Shown in pieces: positions 41,899-51,670 of a DNA stretch of 64,000 nt. Each line of letters opens with the position of its first letter. The first letter of the stretch is position 1. Location: assembly GCA_027622665.1 (NCBI GenBank), contig JAQBYT010000001.1:32001-96000 (forward strand). Reading direction: 5' to 3'. This stretch comes from Verrucomicrobiota bacterium. GTDB taxonomy: Bacteria > Verrucomicrobiota > Verrucomicrobiia > Opitutales > Seribacteraceae. The notes below the pieces were generated by a model that was not told the DNA's origin, ran no database searches, and worked only from the letters and a program-made list of their open reading frames with translations. Both the position numbers and the translations under genes were made by a program.

Positions 41899-42552
41899 AT
41901 GACGAAAAAGGAACGGGCCAATTTTGTAAGCTGTCGACTGGCCGAGCTTTACCCCGATCCGCCGATTCCCCTAGATCACAAGGATGAGTACACTTTGCTC
42001 GTTGCTGTCTTACTTTCGGCTCAATGCACGGATGTCCGAGTCAACAAAACGACCCCCGCTTTATTCGCCTTGGCCGATGAACCCGAGCAAATGGCAAAGC
42101 AATCGGTGGCAGCTATCGACGCTATCGTGCGGCCATGTGGCTTGGCCCCAAGAAAGGCTACCGCTATTCGAGACCTCTCTCGAATCCTCGTCGATGAACA
42201 CGAGAGCCGCGTTCCCGAAAGTTTCGAGGAACTGGAAGCATTGCCCGGAGTGGGTCATAAAACGGCGTCGGTAGTGATGGCTCAGGCCTTCGGTCACCCC
42301 GCGTTTCCCGTTGACACTCACATCCACCGACTCGCTCAACGTTGGGGCTTAACCAACGGCAAAAGCGTGGTCCAAACCGAAACCGACTTGAAGTCTTTGT
42401 TTGCCAAGAAAACTTGGAATCGTCTGCACCTGCAGATCATTTACTACGGTCGCGAACATTGCTCGGCCCGTGGTTGCGATGGTACCGTCTGTGAAATTTG
42501 CCGCACCTCTTATCCGAAAAGGCGTAAACCCGTGGTAACGAAAAAAGCTTAA
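41899..42552 (+). CDS. nth: Endonuclease III
   Basis: LLSAQCTDVRVN, LPGVGHKTA (HhH), PVDTHIHR, C-terminal Cys cluster. Confidence 0.95.
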   Translation: MTKKERANFVSCRLAELYPDPPIPLDHKDEYTLLVAVLLSAQCTDVRVNKTTPALFALADEPEQMAKQSVAAIDAIVRPCGLAPRKATAIRDLSRILVDEHESRVPESFEELEALPGVGHKTASVVMAQAFGHPAFPVDTHIHRLAQRWGLTNGKSVVQTETDLKSLFAKKTWNRLHLQIIYYGREHCSARGCDGTVCEICRTSYPKRRKPVVTKKA

Positions 42553-42560
42553 ACCCTACG

Positions 42561-43946
42561 CTACCCTGCCTGTACGAGCATGTCGGGACGTGCCTCGCGT
42601 AATTTTTGAAGCGCTTCGGCCGACAACCCGGATCGCCAAAGGTACACTTCTTTCAATGAAGTCATGCCCGACAAGGCGTCCACCACGGAATCATCCAAGC
42701 TTGTTCCTACCAAATTGAGGCATTTGAGCTTACTTAGGCCCGAAAGACCGGAGACTCCTCGGGAGGTGATGCCTTTGTTGTCCTCAAGATAAAGGTTCCG
42801 AAGGTTTGGGATTTTGGACAGACGAGAAACTGACAAGTCCGTGAGGTTGCTCTTGCTCAGGTCGAGCCAAACGATTTTTTTGGCGAGTACCTCAATGGCA
42901 GGAAGGTCTTCGTCGTTCAGACCAAGATCAGGTTCGACGGATGCCACGCAGTGCAGCCCTTTGCCGTCAGAAGACTTGAAAAAATCAAGGCCGGTCGAGC
43001 GTAGGCTTTGAATATGGTCGTCGGTAAGGATGATGTCGGCGAAGTTCGCCGCTCCGGGTGTCTCTTGAGCGGAAGCTGCAGGAGCAGGCGTTTTTTTTGC
43101 AACAGGTGGGATCTCCACGGTGATGCCCATTTTTTTTAGTATCGGACCTATTGCTTGCGGTGCGGCAAAATAGACGCCTAACCCAATTATACCGACGATG
43201 AGAGAGATCACGAAAAGGACTATAAGCGTCGTAAAGATCTTAGATCCTATCCCGGCACCTTTTACGACGATAACAGTCTGGCCTTTATTCATGCCCGACA
43301 TCTTTCGACTACTTACTTGCCGACGACCTCCTCGACGCTTGCGAGGACGAGGATCGTCATCAAAATCATCATAGTCATCGGCTTCCTGTGGCCGGTTTCG
43401 TTTACGCCGATGGGGAGCCGGTTCTTCGTCGTGGTCGTCTTCCGCTTCTGAAGGTTGAGCAGGTGGCGGAGCAGAAGCAACATCGCTCGAAGGGGAAGCA
43501 GCAGGTGCGGGTTCCTGTGGCGGAGGCTGTCCGTAAAGGGGCTCTGCGGGAGGAGCGGCGGGAGGTGGGGGCGGTGCGATTGGGGCAACTGGGGGTTGAG
43601 CTTGCCGGACAGGTGGTGCAGCAGGGGCTACCGCCGGGGAAACTTGTACGGGTGGAGACGCGACAGGAGTTTCGATCCTTTCCCCCTCATCCTCAAAGTC
43701 TTCGAATTGGTCTTCCCATTGTTTGAGCTTTTCGTAATCAATATCCGACTCCTCGTACGAACTTTCCTCGGCAGTAGCAGAGGAATCGGGAGTGGAAAGC
43801 ATTTCTCCAAGTTGTTGCCATTCGGTTCCGCCCTCCGACAAACCAAAGTCGGTTACCGCAAATTGGCCTGAATCGAGATAAGACTCTACTTCCTCGAGAC
43901 TGTAAGGCCCATATTGCTGGCCATCTTTAGAGATGTGAATTCCCAC
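42561..43946 (-). CDS. GYF_2 (DUF4339) + Pro-rich linker + TM + leucine-rich-repeat protein
   Basis: IHISKDGQQYGPYSLEEV...WQQL; Pro/Ala-rich tract; one TM; LRRs (WLDLSKSNLTD, LRNLYL, LKCLNLVGT, LKEVYLW); GTG start inferred. Confidence 0.8.
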   Translation of the reverse strand: MGIHISKDGQQYGPYSLEEVESYLDSGQFAVTDFGLSEGGTEWQQLGEMLSTPDSSATAEESSYEESDIDYEKLKQWEDQFEDFEDEGERIETPVASPPVQVSPAVAPAAPPVRQAQPPVAPIAPPPPPAAPPAEPLYGQPPPQEPAPAASPSSDVASAPPPAQPSEAEDDHDEEPAPHRRKRNRPQEADDYDDFDDDPRPRKRRGGRRQVSSRKMSGMNKGQTVIVVKGAGIGSKIFTTLIVLFVISLIVGIIGLGVYFAAPQAIGPILKKMGITVEIPPVAKKTPAPAASAQETPGAANFADIILTDDHIQSLRSTGLDFFKSSDGKGLHCVASVEPDLGLNDEDLPAIEVLAKKIVWLDLSKSNLTDLSVSRLSKIPNLRNLYLEDNKGITSRGVSGLSGLSKLKCLNLVGTSLDDSVVDALSGMTSLKEVYLWRSGLSAEALQKLREARPDMLVQAG

Positions 43947-44034
43947 TTGGTTTCCTGACGATTGTTTAAAAGAAGCAAAGCCAGTTTTAAAAAACGAAAT
44001 TGGCCGAAAGTTCAAGATCAAGCGTCATTGAGAA

Positions 44035-45783
44035 TTACCTAACTGCAGAATCCGCCGATGATTTCGAACGAAGCCAATCAACGAGAATTCCAATTTCCTC
44101 TACAGTCAGTTTTTCATCGCGAACGAAAGAGGGCATGCGATCGTTATCTTTGCCATAGAAACGTTCGTGAGAGGGATCGGAGACAATAGCGGCCAACCAA
44201 TCCCGCGAACCGTAACCGGTAAGATCGGGAGCCGAACCTTCGTCCTCATCTTCGATATCGTGACAATCGATACAGCCTAATTCATCGAAGAAGACATTGA
44301 AACCTTCTTCTCTTTCCTTTTCAGATAGTGGTTCTTGGTAAGGAAGGCCGGCGATATCCGACAGGAGAGCCGCGACCTTAGGGACAAGGGCCTTCTCTTT
44401 CTCGCCAAACTTCTTTAGCACTTTGGTCGCCATCTTTCCGTCCTTGAACGCGGTGCCGCCAAAATATTTCGTGGATACATAATGATCGTAATCAAGCAAT
44501 CCTTCGAGCCATGCACGACTAGCAAACCCGGCAAGGTCGGGGGCGGATTGGTTGGAATCCACGGGAAAGCCTCTGCCGTCATGCCCATTGTAAAGATGGC
44601 AACTGGCGCAATTGGAGGAAAATAAATGTCGGGCGCGATTTTCATGGTCTTCTCGCAACAAGGTGACGGCCCCGCTAGGCGGGATACCTTGCTTGTCGGC
44701 TATTTCCACAACCCGTTTTGCCAGCCAATCAGCTTCCTCAACGGCGGCGAAATGTTTCTTATTCGCACGGTCTTCCGAAAAGGCCAGAAAAGTAAGAGCC
44801 CCCGCCCCGATCAATAAGCACCAGAGAAAACCAATGTTGAAACGGTGACCTTTTTCCGACTTGCCGATAAACGGTTGGGCGAACATCAAGAGCACAACGA
44901 AAGCGGGAATAATGACAGCTCCCCAAAAAGCCGGGACATACTTGAGCAACTGGAAAAGAAAAAGAAAGTACCACTCGGGCCGTGCCGGAAATGCGCTGGC
45001 GGGATCCGCGGGCGGGCCTAGTGGAGCCCCATGAAAGTATAGGGTAAGCACAATGACCGCTAGCGCCACGGCTAAACAGGCCACGGCATCTTTCAGCACT
45101 TGGTCCGGCCAGAAATAGGAATCTCGTTTGGGTCGAGGTTCCTTGGCATGGATACCATGACGACGGAACAGGTAAATGTGGCCGACAACAAGTGCAATTA
45201 GAGCTCCCGGAAGAACCCCGGCGTGAAGGGCAAAAAAGCGCGTAACCGTGTGGTGCCCGTATTCTTCTCCACCAACGACAAGCTTTTGCAAGTAAACTCC
45301 AACGAGAGGTACCTCGGCTATGAGATTGGTCGCCACTGTAGTCGCCCAGTAACCCTTCTGGTCCCAAGGAAGCAGGTAACCTGTGAGTGAAAGACCTAAA
45401 GTAACTCCCATTAGGGCAATGCCGAACCAAAAGTTTAGTTCCCGAGGAGCCTTGTAAGCTCCGTCGATGACTACCTGCATGAGGTGCAAGACCAGCAGGA
45501 CAACCATGGCCTGAGCCATATAATGGTGAATTCCGCGAAGGAACCATCCGCCCCATACGTGGTATTGGAGGAAGTAAACGCTTTCCCAAGCCGTCTGTGC
45601 ACTGGGACTGTAAAACATCCATAAAAGCGTACCTGTTACGACTTGAGCGAAAAACGCGAAGGTTAGGCAACTACCCCACACATATCGCCACCTAGCGCCC
45701 CCGGGCACTTTTTCGTAAAGGGCTTCCTTGATGAGGGTCCGAAAACCGGAACGATCATCAAGCCAGTCTATAATTGCCTTCAT
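44035..45783 (-). CDS. Cytochrome b (Rieske/cyt b complex) fused to di-haem cytochrome c
   Basis: RGIHHY, LHLMQ, TGYLLPWDQKGYWA, RFFALH..GH, RPEWYF, then CASCH and CIDCH with distal MP. Confidence 0.93.
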   Translation of the reverse strand: MKAIIDWLDDRSGFRTLIKEALYEKVPGGARWRYVWGSCLTFAFFAQVVTGTLLWMFYSPSAQTAWESVYFLQYHVWGGWFLRGIHHYMAQAMVVLLVLHLMQVVIDGAYKAPRELNFWFGIALMGVTLGLSLTGYLLPWDQKGYWATTVATNLIAEVPLVGVYLQKLVVGGEEYGHHTVTRFFALHAGVLPGALIALVVGHIYLFRRHGIHAKEPRPKRDSYFWPDQVLKDAVACLAVALAVIVLTLYFHGAPLGPPADPASAFPARPEWYFLFLFQLLKYVPAFWGAVIIPAFVVLLMFAQPFIGKSEKGHRFNIGFLWCLLIGAGALTFLAFSEDRANKKHFAAVEEADWLAKRVVEIADKQGIPPSGAVTLLREDHENRARHLFSSNCASCHLYNGHDGRGFPVDSNQSAPDLAGFASRAWLEGLLDYDHYVSTKYFGGTAFKDGKMATKVLKKFGEKEKALVPKVAALLSDIAGLPYQEPLSEKEREEGFNVFFDELGCIDCHDIEDEDEGSAPDLTGYGSRDWLAAIVSDPSHERFYGKDNDRMPSFVRDEKLTVEEIGILVDWLRSKSSADSAVR

Positions 45784-46337
45784 ATCAGGGGCACTTTTTC
45801 CGCGAGATTCGGGCGGAATTGCTGAAAACGAACATATACGAATCCGTTTTCAATTTTTGTCTCGAGGCCATCCATCCCTCGTGGACTAGGACTGGCGGGG
45901 TTGGAAACGGAACCATCAAACGCAAAAGAACTATTATGGCAGGGGCAAAAGAAATCACCTTGATCGGACCGATGGTCTATTGCGCAACCTAGATGCGGAC
46001 ACTTGAGGTTGAAGGCCTTCACTTGATCGCCCTGTTTAACAATGTAAACCGCCCCTACGGGAACATTCGTTAAGGTGCTCCATGCATCGGTCACTCGTTC
46101 ACGAACAATGCCAAATCTCGTTGGCGTACCATCCTCGGGCAATGCCGAAAAGGATGCCACCTTGGACCAAGGAATCTCGCCAGCATCACCATCACCGTTA
46201 CCGCTTACAGGATCAAGAAAGGCGGGAACGCCTGCGGCAAAAGGAAAAACGGAGCAAGCAACAGACACCCCAACGGTTGCTTTGGTAATGAATGCTCGAC
46301 GATCTCCGTCGTCAGTAGAATCGTTAGGTTCGCTCAA
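45780..46337 (-). CDS. Rieske [2Fe-2S] subunit
   Basis: DRRAFI Tat anchor; CPHLGC and CPCHNS. Confidence 0.95.
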   Translation of the reverse strand: MSEPNDSTDDGDRRAFITKATVGVSVACSVFPFAAGVPAFLDPVSGNGDGDAGEIPWSKVASFSALPEDGTPTRFGIVRERVTDAWSTLTNVPVGAVYIVKQGDQVKAFNLKCPHLGCAIDHRSDQGDFFCPCHNSSFAFDGSVSNPASPSPRGMDGLETKIENGFVYVRFQQFRPNLAEKVPLI

Positions 46338-46545
46338 AATGGTAAAAAAGAATTTTGGTCACAATAGCCATGAGGCATGACATTCCAAGCACAGAGAACC
46401 GCAACTTAGCTTTTTCTCTAAAGTGAAACTAATCCGTTTCTTCAGGATTAGGAGAAATCCCAAGATAGAGTAGTTAATAACTGGATGCAGAAATCTTAAT
46501 CCACTGTTCCTTACCATTAATATCAAGGAACGAAATCTACTTAAC

Positions 46546-47922
46546 CTAGGGAAGTGGAGGCAAGGGAGGAAGTCCGCCGGAATCGGAGGGAGAAGGGGTG
46601 GCACCTGGAAGTGGAGGAAGGACTCCGGCATCTCCGCCTTGTGTATCAAGAGGAGGTGCGGGGGGAGGCAAAACGAAATCAGGCACAGGGGCAGGAGGTG
46701 GCGGAACCGGCAAGGCATCAAAGGATGCCGGATCGGCACCCGAAGAATCGAGCGGGGGGAATCCCGGAAGGTCGCCGGCGGGAACAGGAGGTGCTGCAGG
46801 TGGTTCCACGGGGGCAGGAAAATCCAAAGGTGCTCCGGGAAGGGGATCAACGTTTTCGGGAACGGAACCGCTATCTAGAGGAGGAAAGTCGGGAAGGCTA
46901 TTGTCAAGAGGTGGCGGTAGAGGAGGTGAGGGAGGAAGTCCTGAATCAAGTGGAGGAGGCGTAAGCGGAATTTCACTGAAGGGGATCGGTGGTGGTGGTG
47001 GAAAAATCGGATCAAGAGTAAGTGTGTCGGAAGGAATTGCAGGATCGGTGACGTCAAGCGGGGGGCCGGGAAATGGATCTAGACCTCCGGTAGAAGTTGC
47101 ATTGTCAAGTGAAGGAAAAGTCGGCGTTACGGTAAGCGGAAGGGGATCCAGCGTTGGAACCGGAGACAGTTCCGGAAAACCGGAGGTCACAGGTAAACTG
47201 GTATCTAAACCTGCAGGATTTGCAGGAAGACCCGGCAAGGCATCCGAGGCAGTTCCGGAAGTAACGGGGGTTACCGAAGAGGGTTCGATGGGAGGAAAGG
47301 ATGGAACTGGATCGATCGCGGTTTCGACCTCGGGAAGAGTGGTTTGTCCTCCGGGAATAGATGTATCGGTGGTAATGCCCAGCTCAGTACTCGGCGAACT
47401 TGTACGGACGGGCACAGGAGTTACGGGTATCGAAAGATCGATCTGGGTGCCATCGGATCTCCAAGTGACATCTTGCCCATGTCGCTGCCCGTGAGTATAC
47501 GCCCTAACGTACATCTTTTGTCCATTGGGCCACCATCGAGTTACCAACCCGTGCCATTTCCCTTCGTGATAATGACGTTCGTACATCTTTTGTCCGTCGG
47601 GAAACCAGCGTGCGCTAAGACCGTCTCGCTTCCCAGCTTTATAGGTTTCGTCAGTCGCAACAAAATCACGACCATTTTCATTTTCGATCGTTACGATTCG
47701 ACCGGAGAAGGGTTCGTTGGCAAAGGTCTTGAAGAGTAAACCATACCTACGTTCAAAAAAAGTGTCATACTCATCGGCTTTTATCTGAACGGCATCTTGG
47801 CTAGCCGGAATCGCAACGCTCTGACTAGGGCTCATACGAGATGCGTGCTCGTAAGTGTTGGTGCAACAAGTCAAAGAAAAGCCGGCACAGGCCAGACATA
47901 TATTAAAGATGGGCGAATTCAT
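46546..47922 (-). CDS. Putative lipoprotein with MORN-variant (YwqK-like) repeats and long Pro-rich tail
   Basis: Signal ending SLTCC; EPFSG, GKRDG..WFPDGQK, GKWHG..WWPNGQK, GQRHG..WRSDG; long Pro/Asp/Ser-rich C-terminus. Confidence 0.78.
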   Translation of the reverse strand: MNSPIFNICLACAGFSLTCCTNTYEHASRMSPSQSVAIPASQDAVQIKADEYDTFFERRYGLLFKTFANEPFSGRIVTIENENGRDFVATDETYKAGKRDGLSARWFPDGQKMYERHYHEGKWHGLVTRWWPNGQKMYVRAYTHGQRHGQDVTWRSDGTQIDLSIPVTPVPVRTSSPSTELGITTDTSIPGGQTTLPEVETAIDPVPSFPPIEPSSVTPVTSGTASDALPGLPANPAGLDTSLPVTSGFPELSPVPTLDPLPLTVTPTFPSLDNATSTGGLDPFPGPPLDVTDPAIPSDTLTLDPIFPPPPPIPFSEIPLTPPPLDSGLPPSPPLPPPLDNSLPDFPPLDSGSVPENVDPLPGAPLDFPAPVEPPAAPPVPAGDLPGFPPLDSSGADPASFDALPVPPPPAPVPDFVLPPPAPPLDTQGGDAGVLPPLPGATPSPSDSGGLPPLPPLP

Positions 47923-48135
47923 GACTTTAATCCTAGGAAAAAAGATCTTCTTTGCAAGGCGGAATAAGAGATCTGTTACATTTGGATTGCTCTAAGGATT
48001 TATTTGTGCTTATGGCAGCTATCTTACTAATTAAGTCAAGACAAGTTAGAGCAAAGAACCGAACCACATCTTGTCCTCCTAGTTTTGTCCCTTCTTTTCG
48101 CGGTAAAAAACTTCAGTTTCTTGATTGCCTTTCTG

Positions 48136-48168
48136 TCAAAAACGATCAAAAACGATCAAAAGCGATCA
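48136..48168 (+). repeat. Three tandem 10-bp repeats TCAAAA(A/G)CGA upstream of hppA
   Basis: tcaaaaacga tcaaaaacga tcaaaagcga tca read directly; each junction forms GATC. Confidence 0.85.
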
Positions 48169-48200
48169 TCGGTGTAATCATTGGCAAACTAATACAATAA

Positions 48201-50399
48201 ATGAACTTACAGGAACTAATATATGTGATTCCGGCGACTGGTGTCGTCGCCCTTCTTTTTACATTTTGGAAAACCTCCCAGGTCACTGCGGCAGATGCGG
48301 GAACCGAACGCATGCAGAACATTGCCAAGGCGATTCAAGATGGGGCCATGGCCTTTCTAAAGGCAGAGTATCGCGTTTTGGCCATATTCGTTATATGCGT
48401 GGCTGCACTTTTGGCTTGGAGCGGATACGAAAATGAAAGCTCAGATCCATTGGTGGCCGTTTCCTTTGTCGTCGGAGCTCTATGTTCCGCATTGGCTGGC
48501 TTTCTAGGAATGCGTGTAGCCACAAAGGCCAATGTGAGGACGACGAACGCTGCTCGAGAAAGTCTGGGCAAAGCTCTGGAAATAGCCTTTTCCGGTGGTG
48601 CCGTGATGGGTCTTGGGGTGGTTGGATTGGGGATTCTTGGCCTAGGCGGACTCTTTGCCTACTTCGTAACCCACTTCAATGCCTTTGAGGGAGGGGATGC
48701 CCTTACGAAGACTCTTGCGGTAATCACGGGGTTTTCCTTCGGGGCTTCTTCGATCGCTTTGTTCGCACGCGTGGGCGGGGGAATTTATACTAAAGCGGCT
48801 GATGTCGGTGCCGATTTGGTAGGAAAGGTAGAAGCTGGGATTCCCGAGGATCATCCGCTCAATCCCGCCACCATTGCAGACAATGTGGGTGATAACGTAG
48901 GTGATGTCGCAGGCATGGGAGCTGACTTGTTTGAGTCCTATGTCGGGTCAATCATCGCCACGATGGTACTTGGTGCCGCCTTAGTTTCCGGCTCTCCGGA
49001 CTTTCAGGACTTCCTCGGAGGAATGTCTCCCGTAATGCTACCGCTCGTGCTAGGAGCAATCGGCATAGGAACATCCATTCTTGGCACTTTCTTCGTCAAG
49101 GTACGCGAGGGCGGAGATCCTCAGCGTGCTCTCAATATCGGAGAATTTGGTTCATCTGCCGTAATGGTTCTAGCTTCATACTTCGTAATCAACAAGCTCC
49201 TTCCGGAAACTTGGCATATCGACGGCATCGAGTATACGGCCATTGGCGTGTTTTGGGCTACAATCATAGGCTTGGCGGCTGGGTTGGCCATTGGTCTTAT
49301 AACGGAACACTATACGGGGACCGGGAAGAAACCCGTAAGATCCATTGTGGAGCAGTCCGTCACGGGGGCAGCCACTACTATCATCGCTGGTTTAGGAGTC
49401 GGAATGATCTCCACCACTTTCCCTATCCTCGTAATTGCCGCGTCCATTATGGGGGCATACGAATTTGCGGGTCTTTACGGTATTGCAATCGCCGCCGTAG
49501 GGATGCTTTCAAATACAGGAATTCAGCTTGCTGTCGACGCCTACGGACCAATTTCCGATAATGCAGGTGGTATTGCCCAAATGGCAGAGCTACCTGCCGA
49601 GGTGCGCAAGCGGACGGACAAGTTAGATGCAGTCGGCAATACAACAGCGGCAATAGGCAAGGGCTTCGCAATAGGATCCGCGGCACTTACCGCACTGGCG
49701 CTCTTTGCCGCTTTTACGGCATCTTATAACCAAACTCACGAGGAAAAATTAGCTGCAATTGACATTACCAAACCCGAAGTCATGGCTGGTCTCTTTGTAG
49801 GAGCCATGCTGCCCTTTCTCTTTAGTGCTTTGGCAATGAACGCCGTAGGAAGGGCCGCCATGTCGATGATCCATGAGGTACGCCGCCAGTTCCGAGACAT
49901 TCCCGCCCTAAAGAAAGCTTTAGAAGTCATGAAGCGAAACGAAGGAGTAGATTCCGAAGATTGGAATAAGGAGGACAAGGCCGCATTCGACAAAGCCATA
50001 GATGAAGCAGAATACGGGGAATGCGTATCGATCTCAACTCAGGCCGCTATTCGGGAAATGGTGGCTCCCGGCATGATTGCCGTCATGACACCGGTCGCGG
50101 TGGGTTTTCTTGGCGGAGCGACGATGCTCGGCGGACTCCTTGCCGGGGTAACCGTATCGGGAGTGCTCTTGGCCCTCTTTCAATCGAATGCAGGAGGTGC
50201 TTGGGACAACGCAAAGAAAATGATCGAGGAAGGCTACGAAGTCGGCGGAGAAAAACTGGTAAAGGGCTCCGAAGCCCACAAGGCTTCGGTAGTTGGCGAT
50301 ACAGTTGGAGATCCTCTCAAGGACACCTCGGGACCCTCCCTCAATATTCTGCTCAAGTTAATGACCGTTGTGGCGCTGGTAATTGCACCTATGCTGTAA
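48201..50399 (+). CDS. hppA: Membrane pyrophosphatase, K+-dependent, probably Na+-translocating
   Basis: [67 protein letters not shown]. Confidence 0.96.
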   Translation: MNLQELIYVIPATGVVALLFTFWKTSQVTAADAGTERMQNIAKAIQDGAMAFLKAEYRVLAIFVICVAALLAWSGYENESSDPLVAVSFVVGALCSALAGFLGMRVATKANVRTTNAARESLGKALEIAFSGGAVMGLGVVGLGILGLGGLFAYFVTHFNAFEGGDALTKTLAVITGFSFGASSIALFARVGGGIYTKAADVGADLVGKVEAGIPEDHPLNPATIADNVGDNVGDVAGMGADLFESYVGSIIATMVLGAALVSGSPDFQDFLGGMSPVMLPLVLGAIGIGTSILGTFFVKVREGGDPQRALNIGEFGSSAVMVLASYFVINKLLPETWHIDGIEYTAIGVFWATIIGLAAGLAIGLITEHYTGTGKKPVRSIVEQSVTGAATTIIAGLGVGMISTTFPILVIAASIMGAYEFAGLYGIAIAAVGMLSNTGIQLAVDAYGPISDNAGGIAQMAELPAEVRKRTDKLDAVGNTTAAIGKGFAIGSAALTALALFAAFTASYNQTHEEKLAAIDITKPEVMAGLFVGAMLPFLFSALAMNAVGRAAMSMIHEVRRQFRDIPALKKALEVMKRNEGVDSEDWNKEDKAAFDKAIDEAEYGECVSISTQAAIREMVAPGMIAVMTPVAVGFLGGATMLGGLLAGVTVSGVLLALFQSNAGGAWDNAKKMIEEGYEVGGEKLVKGSEAHKASVVGDTVGDPLKDTSGPSLNILLKLMTVVALVIAPML

Positions 50400-50405
50400 A
50401 AGAGT

Positions 50406-51104
50406 CTAGGCGGTCTCGCCCGCCAGTTCGGCGAAATCTTTACGGGTTGCCGCATCGGCCTTGTAGTAGGCTGTTCCAGCCACAAAGACATCCACTCCCG
50501 CCTTGGTGCAAAGTGGCAAGTTTTCAGGAGTTATTCCACCGTCAACTTCGATTAGATAACGATGTCCTTCCTTTTCGCGAAGCTCATGGAAAATCCCGAC
50601 CTTGTCGAGAACTTCCGGCATAAAGGCTTGTCCCCCGAATCCAGGTTGCACGGTCATGCAAAGAACAAGATCCACCTCATCAAGATAGGGAAAGACTTTT
50701 TCGGCCTGTGTATCCGGGTTAATGACGATGCCTGATCGCTTGCCTAAAGCACGTATCCGAGAGAGAGCGTCTGCATGATCGTAGTCGGGTTCGATGTGTA
50801 TGCTAATAAGATCCGCTCCGGCCTCGGCAAAGGCATCCAAAAATTGATGGGGGCATTCCATCATTAAATGGACATCTAGAAAAATATCCGTTCGCCGGCG
50901 CAGATCGGCTACTGTCTGGGGACCGAAGGTGACGTTGGGAACAAAGTGTCCGTCCATCACGTCCAAATGGACCCAGCGGCGGCCGTCACGTTCGATTTCG
51001 GCAAGAGAGCCAGCTAGGTCGGCATGGTCTCCGGCAAGGATTGAAGGAGCGAGAATCCGAGGGCGAGAATCCCCGAAGAAAGCGTCAAAGTCAGTAGTCA
51101 CCAT
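50406..51104 (-). CDS. rpe: Ribulose-phosphate 3-epimerase
   Basis: [38 protein letters not shown]. Confidence 0.97.
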   Translation of the reverse strand: MVTTDFDAFFGDSRPRILAPSILAGDHADLAGSLAEIERDGRRWVHLDVMDGHFVPNVTFGPQTVADLRRRTDIFLDVHLMMECPHQFLDAFAEAGADLISIHIEPDYDHADALSRIRALGKRSGIVINPDTQAEKVFPYLDEVDLVLCMTVQPGFGGQAFMPEVLDKVGIFHELREKEGHRYLIEVDGGITPENLPLCTKAGVDVFVAGTAYYKADAATRKDFAELAGETA

Positions 51105-51670
51105 TCGGTTAGGTTTACGAAAGCGGCAATTTGTCGGGCAAGGGATCGAGAGGTTGTCATCATAGGTTGACGAGAAACGGGTGTTGAGGTCTGGCTTGAA
51201 GCGATGGTGGACGCATTGGAGTTAAAGAGTGTTTCCTTCAATAGTGATTTTCCGCTTGGTGACGAGTTTAGGTGGGCAAGAGCAAAAAGCCTCAATCGAA
51301 AACTAGCGGCAAGCGCAGTATCGTCGGAGCGGTAAGCTTCGGGAATTTGATCATAGTCAATGAGGCGAACCGTTAAAATAGCATCCGCATCTTCTGGCGA
51401 ATTCACAAGCCGAGTCCGTACGTCACGAAGGATTTCCTCGCGAAGAGCACGTGACAGTAGAGGCCCGGCCTGTGGCGCTAGTGAATCATTGTGAACGACA
51501 CGCACGTATAGACGATCAAACGAAAGTTTTCCTGCAGGACCTAGGGCATACCGGCAACCTCCGAGGACGGAGAAGAAGAGGAGGAAGGTTATGCCGAAAA
51601 AACGAAAATAAAGGGACGTAAAAGATGCCCACCGATAGCTAGACCCGTTTGCTTTACGGGTATGGCTCAT
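51098..51670 (-). CDS. lptE: LptE-like LPS-assembly lipoprotein
   Basis: Lipobox LGG-C then YALG; LSRALREEI, ADAILTVRL; follows bamD; start uncertain. Confidence 0.7.
   Translation of the reverse strand: MSHTRKANGSSYRWASFTSLYFRFFGITFLLFFSVLGGCRYALGPAGKLSFDRLYVRVVHNDSLAPQAGPLLSRALREEILRDVRTRLVNSPEDADAILTVRLIDYDQIPEAYRSDDTALAASFRLRLFALAHLNSSPSGKSLLKETLFNSNASTIASSQTSTPVSRQPMMTTSRSLARQIAAFVNLTEW

Noticed and set aside
44759..45670. 303-aa alternative-frame ORF within cytochrome b (and similar long shadows at 1352-2227, 21489-22280, 54403-55101)
   Set aside because: Arg/Ser-rich or antisense frames without motifs, overlapping well-supported genes
46598..47494. 298-aa Gly-rich + strand ORF
   Set aside because: Antisense shadow of the Pro-rich tail; no start signals
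46546..47922. YwqK-type antitoxin / toxin-antitoxin system
   Set aside because: MORN-variant repeats only; no adjacent toxin gene, and the protein is a predicted lipoprotein
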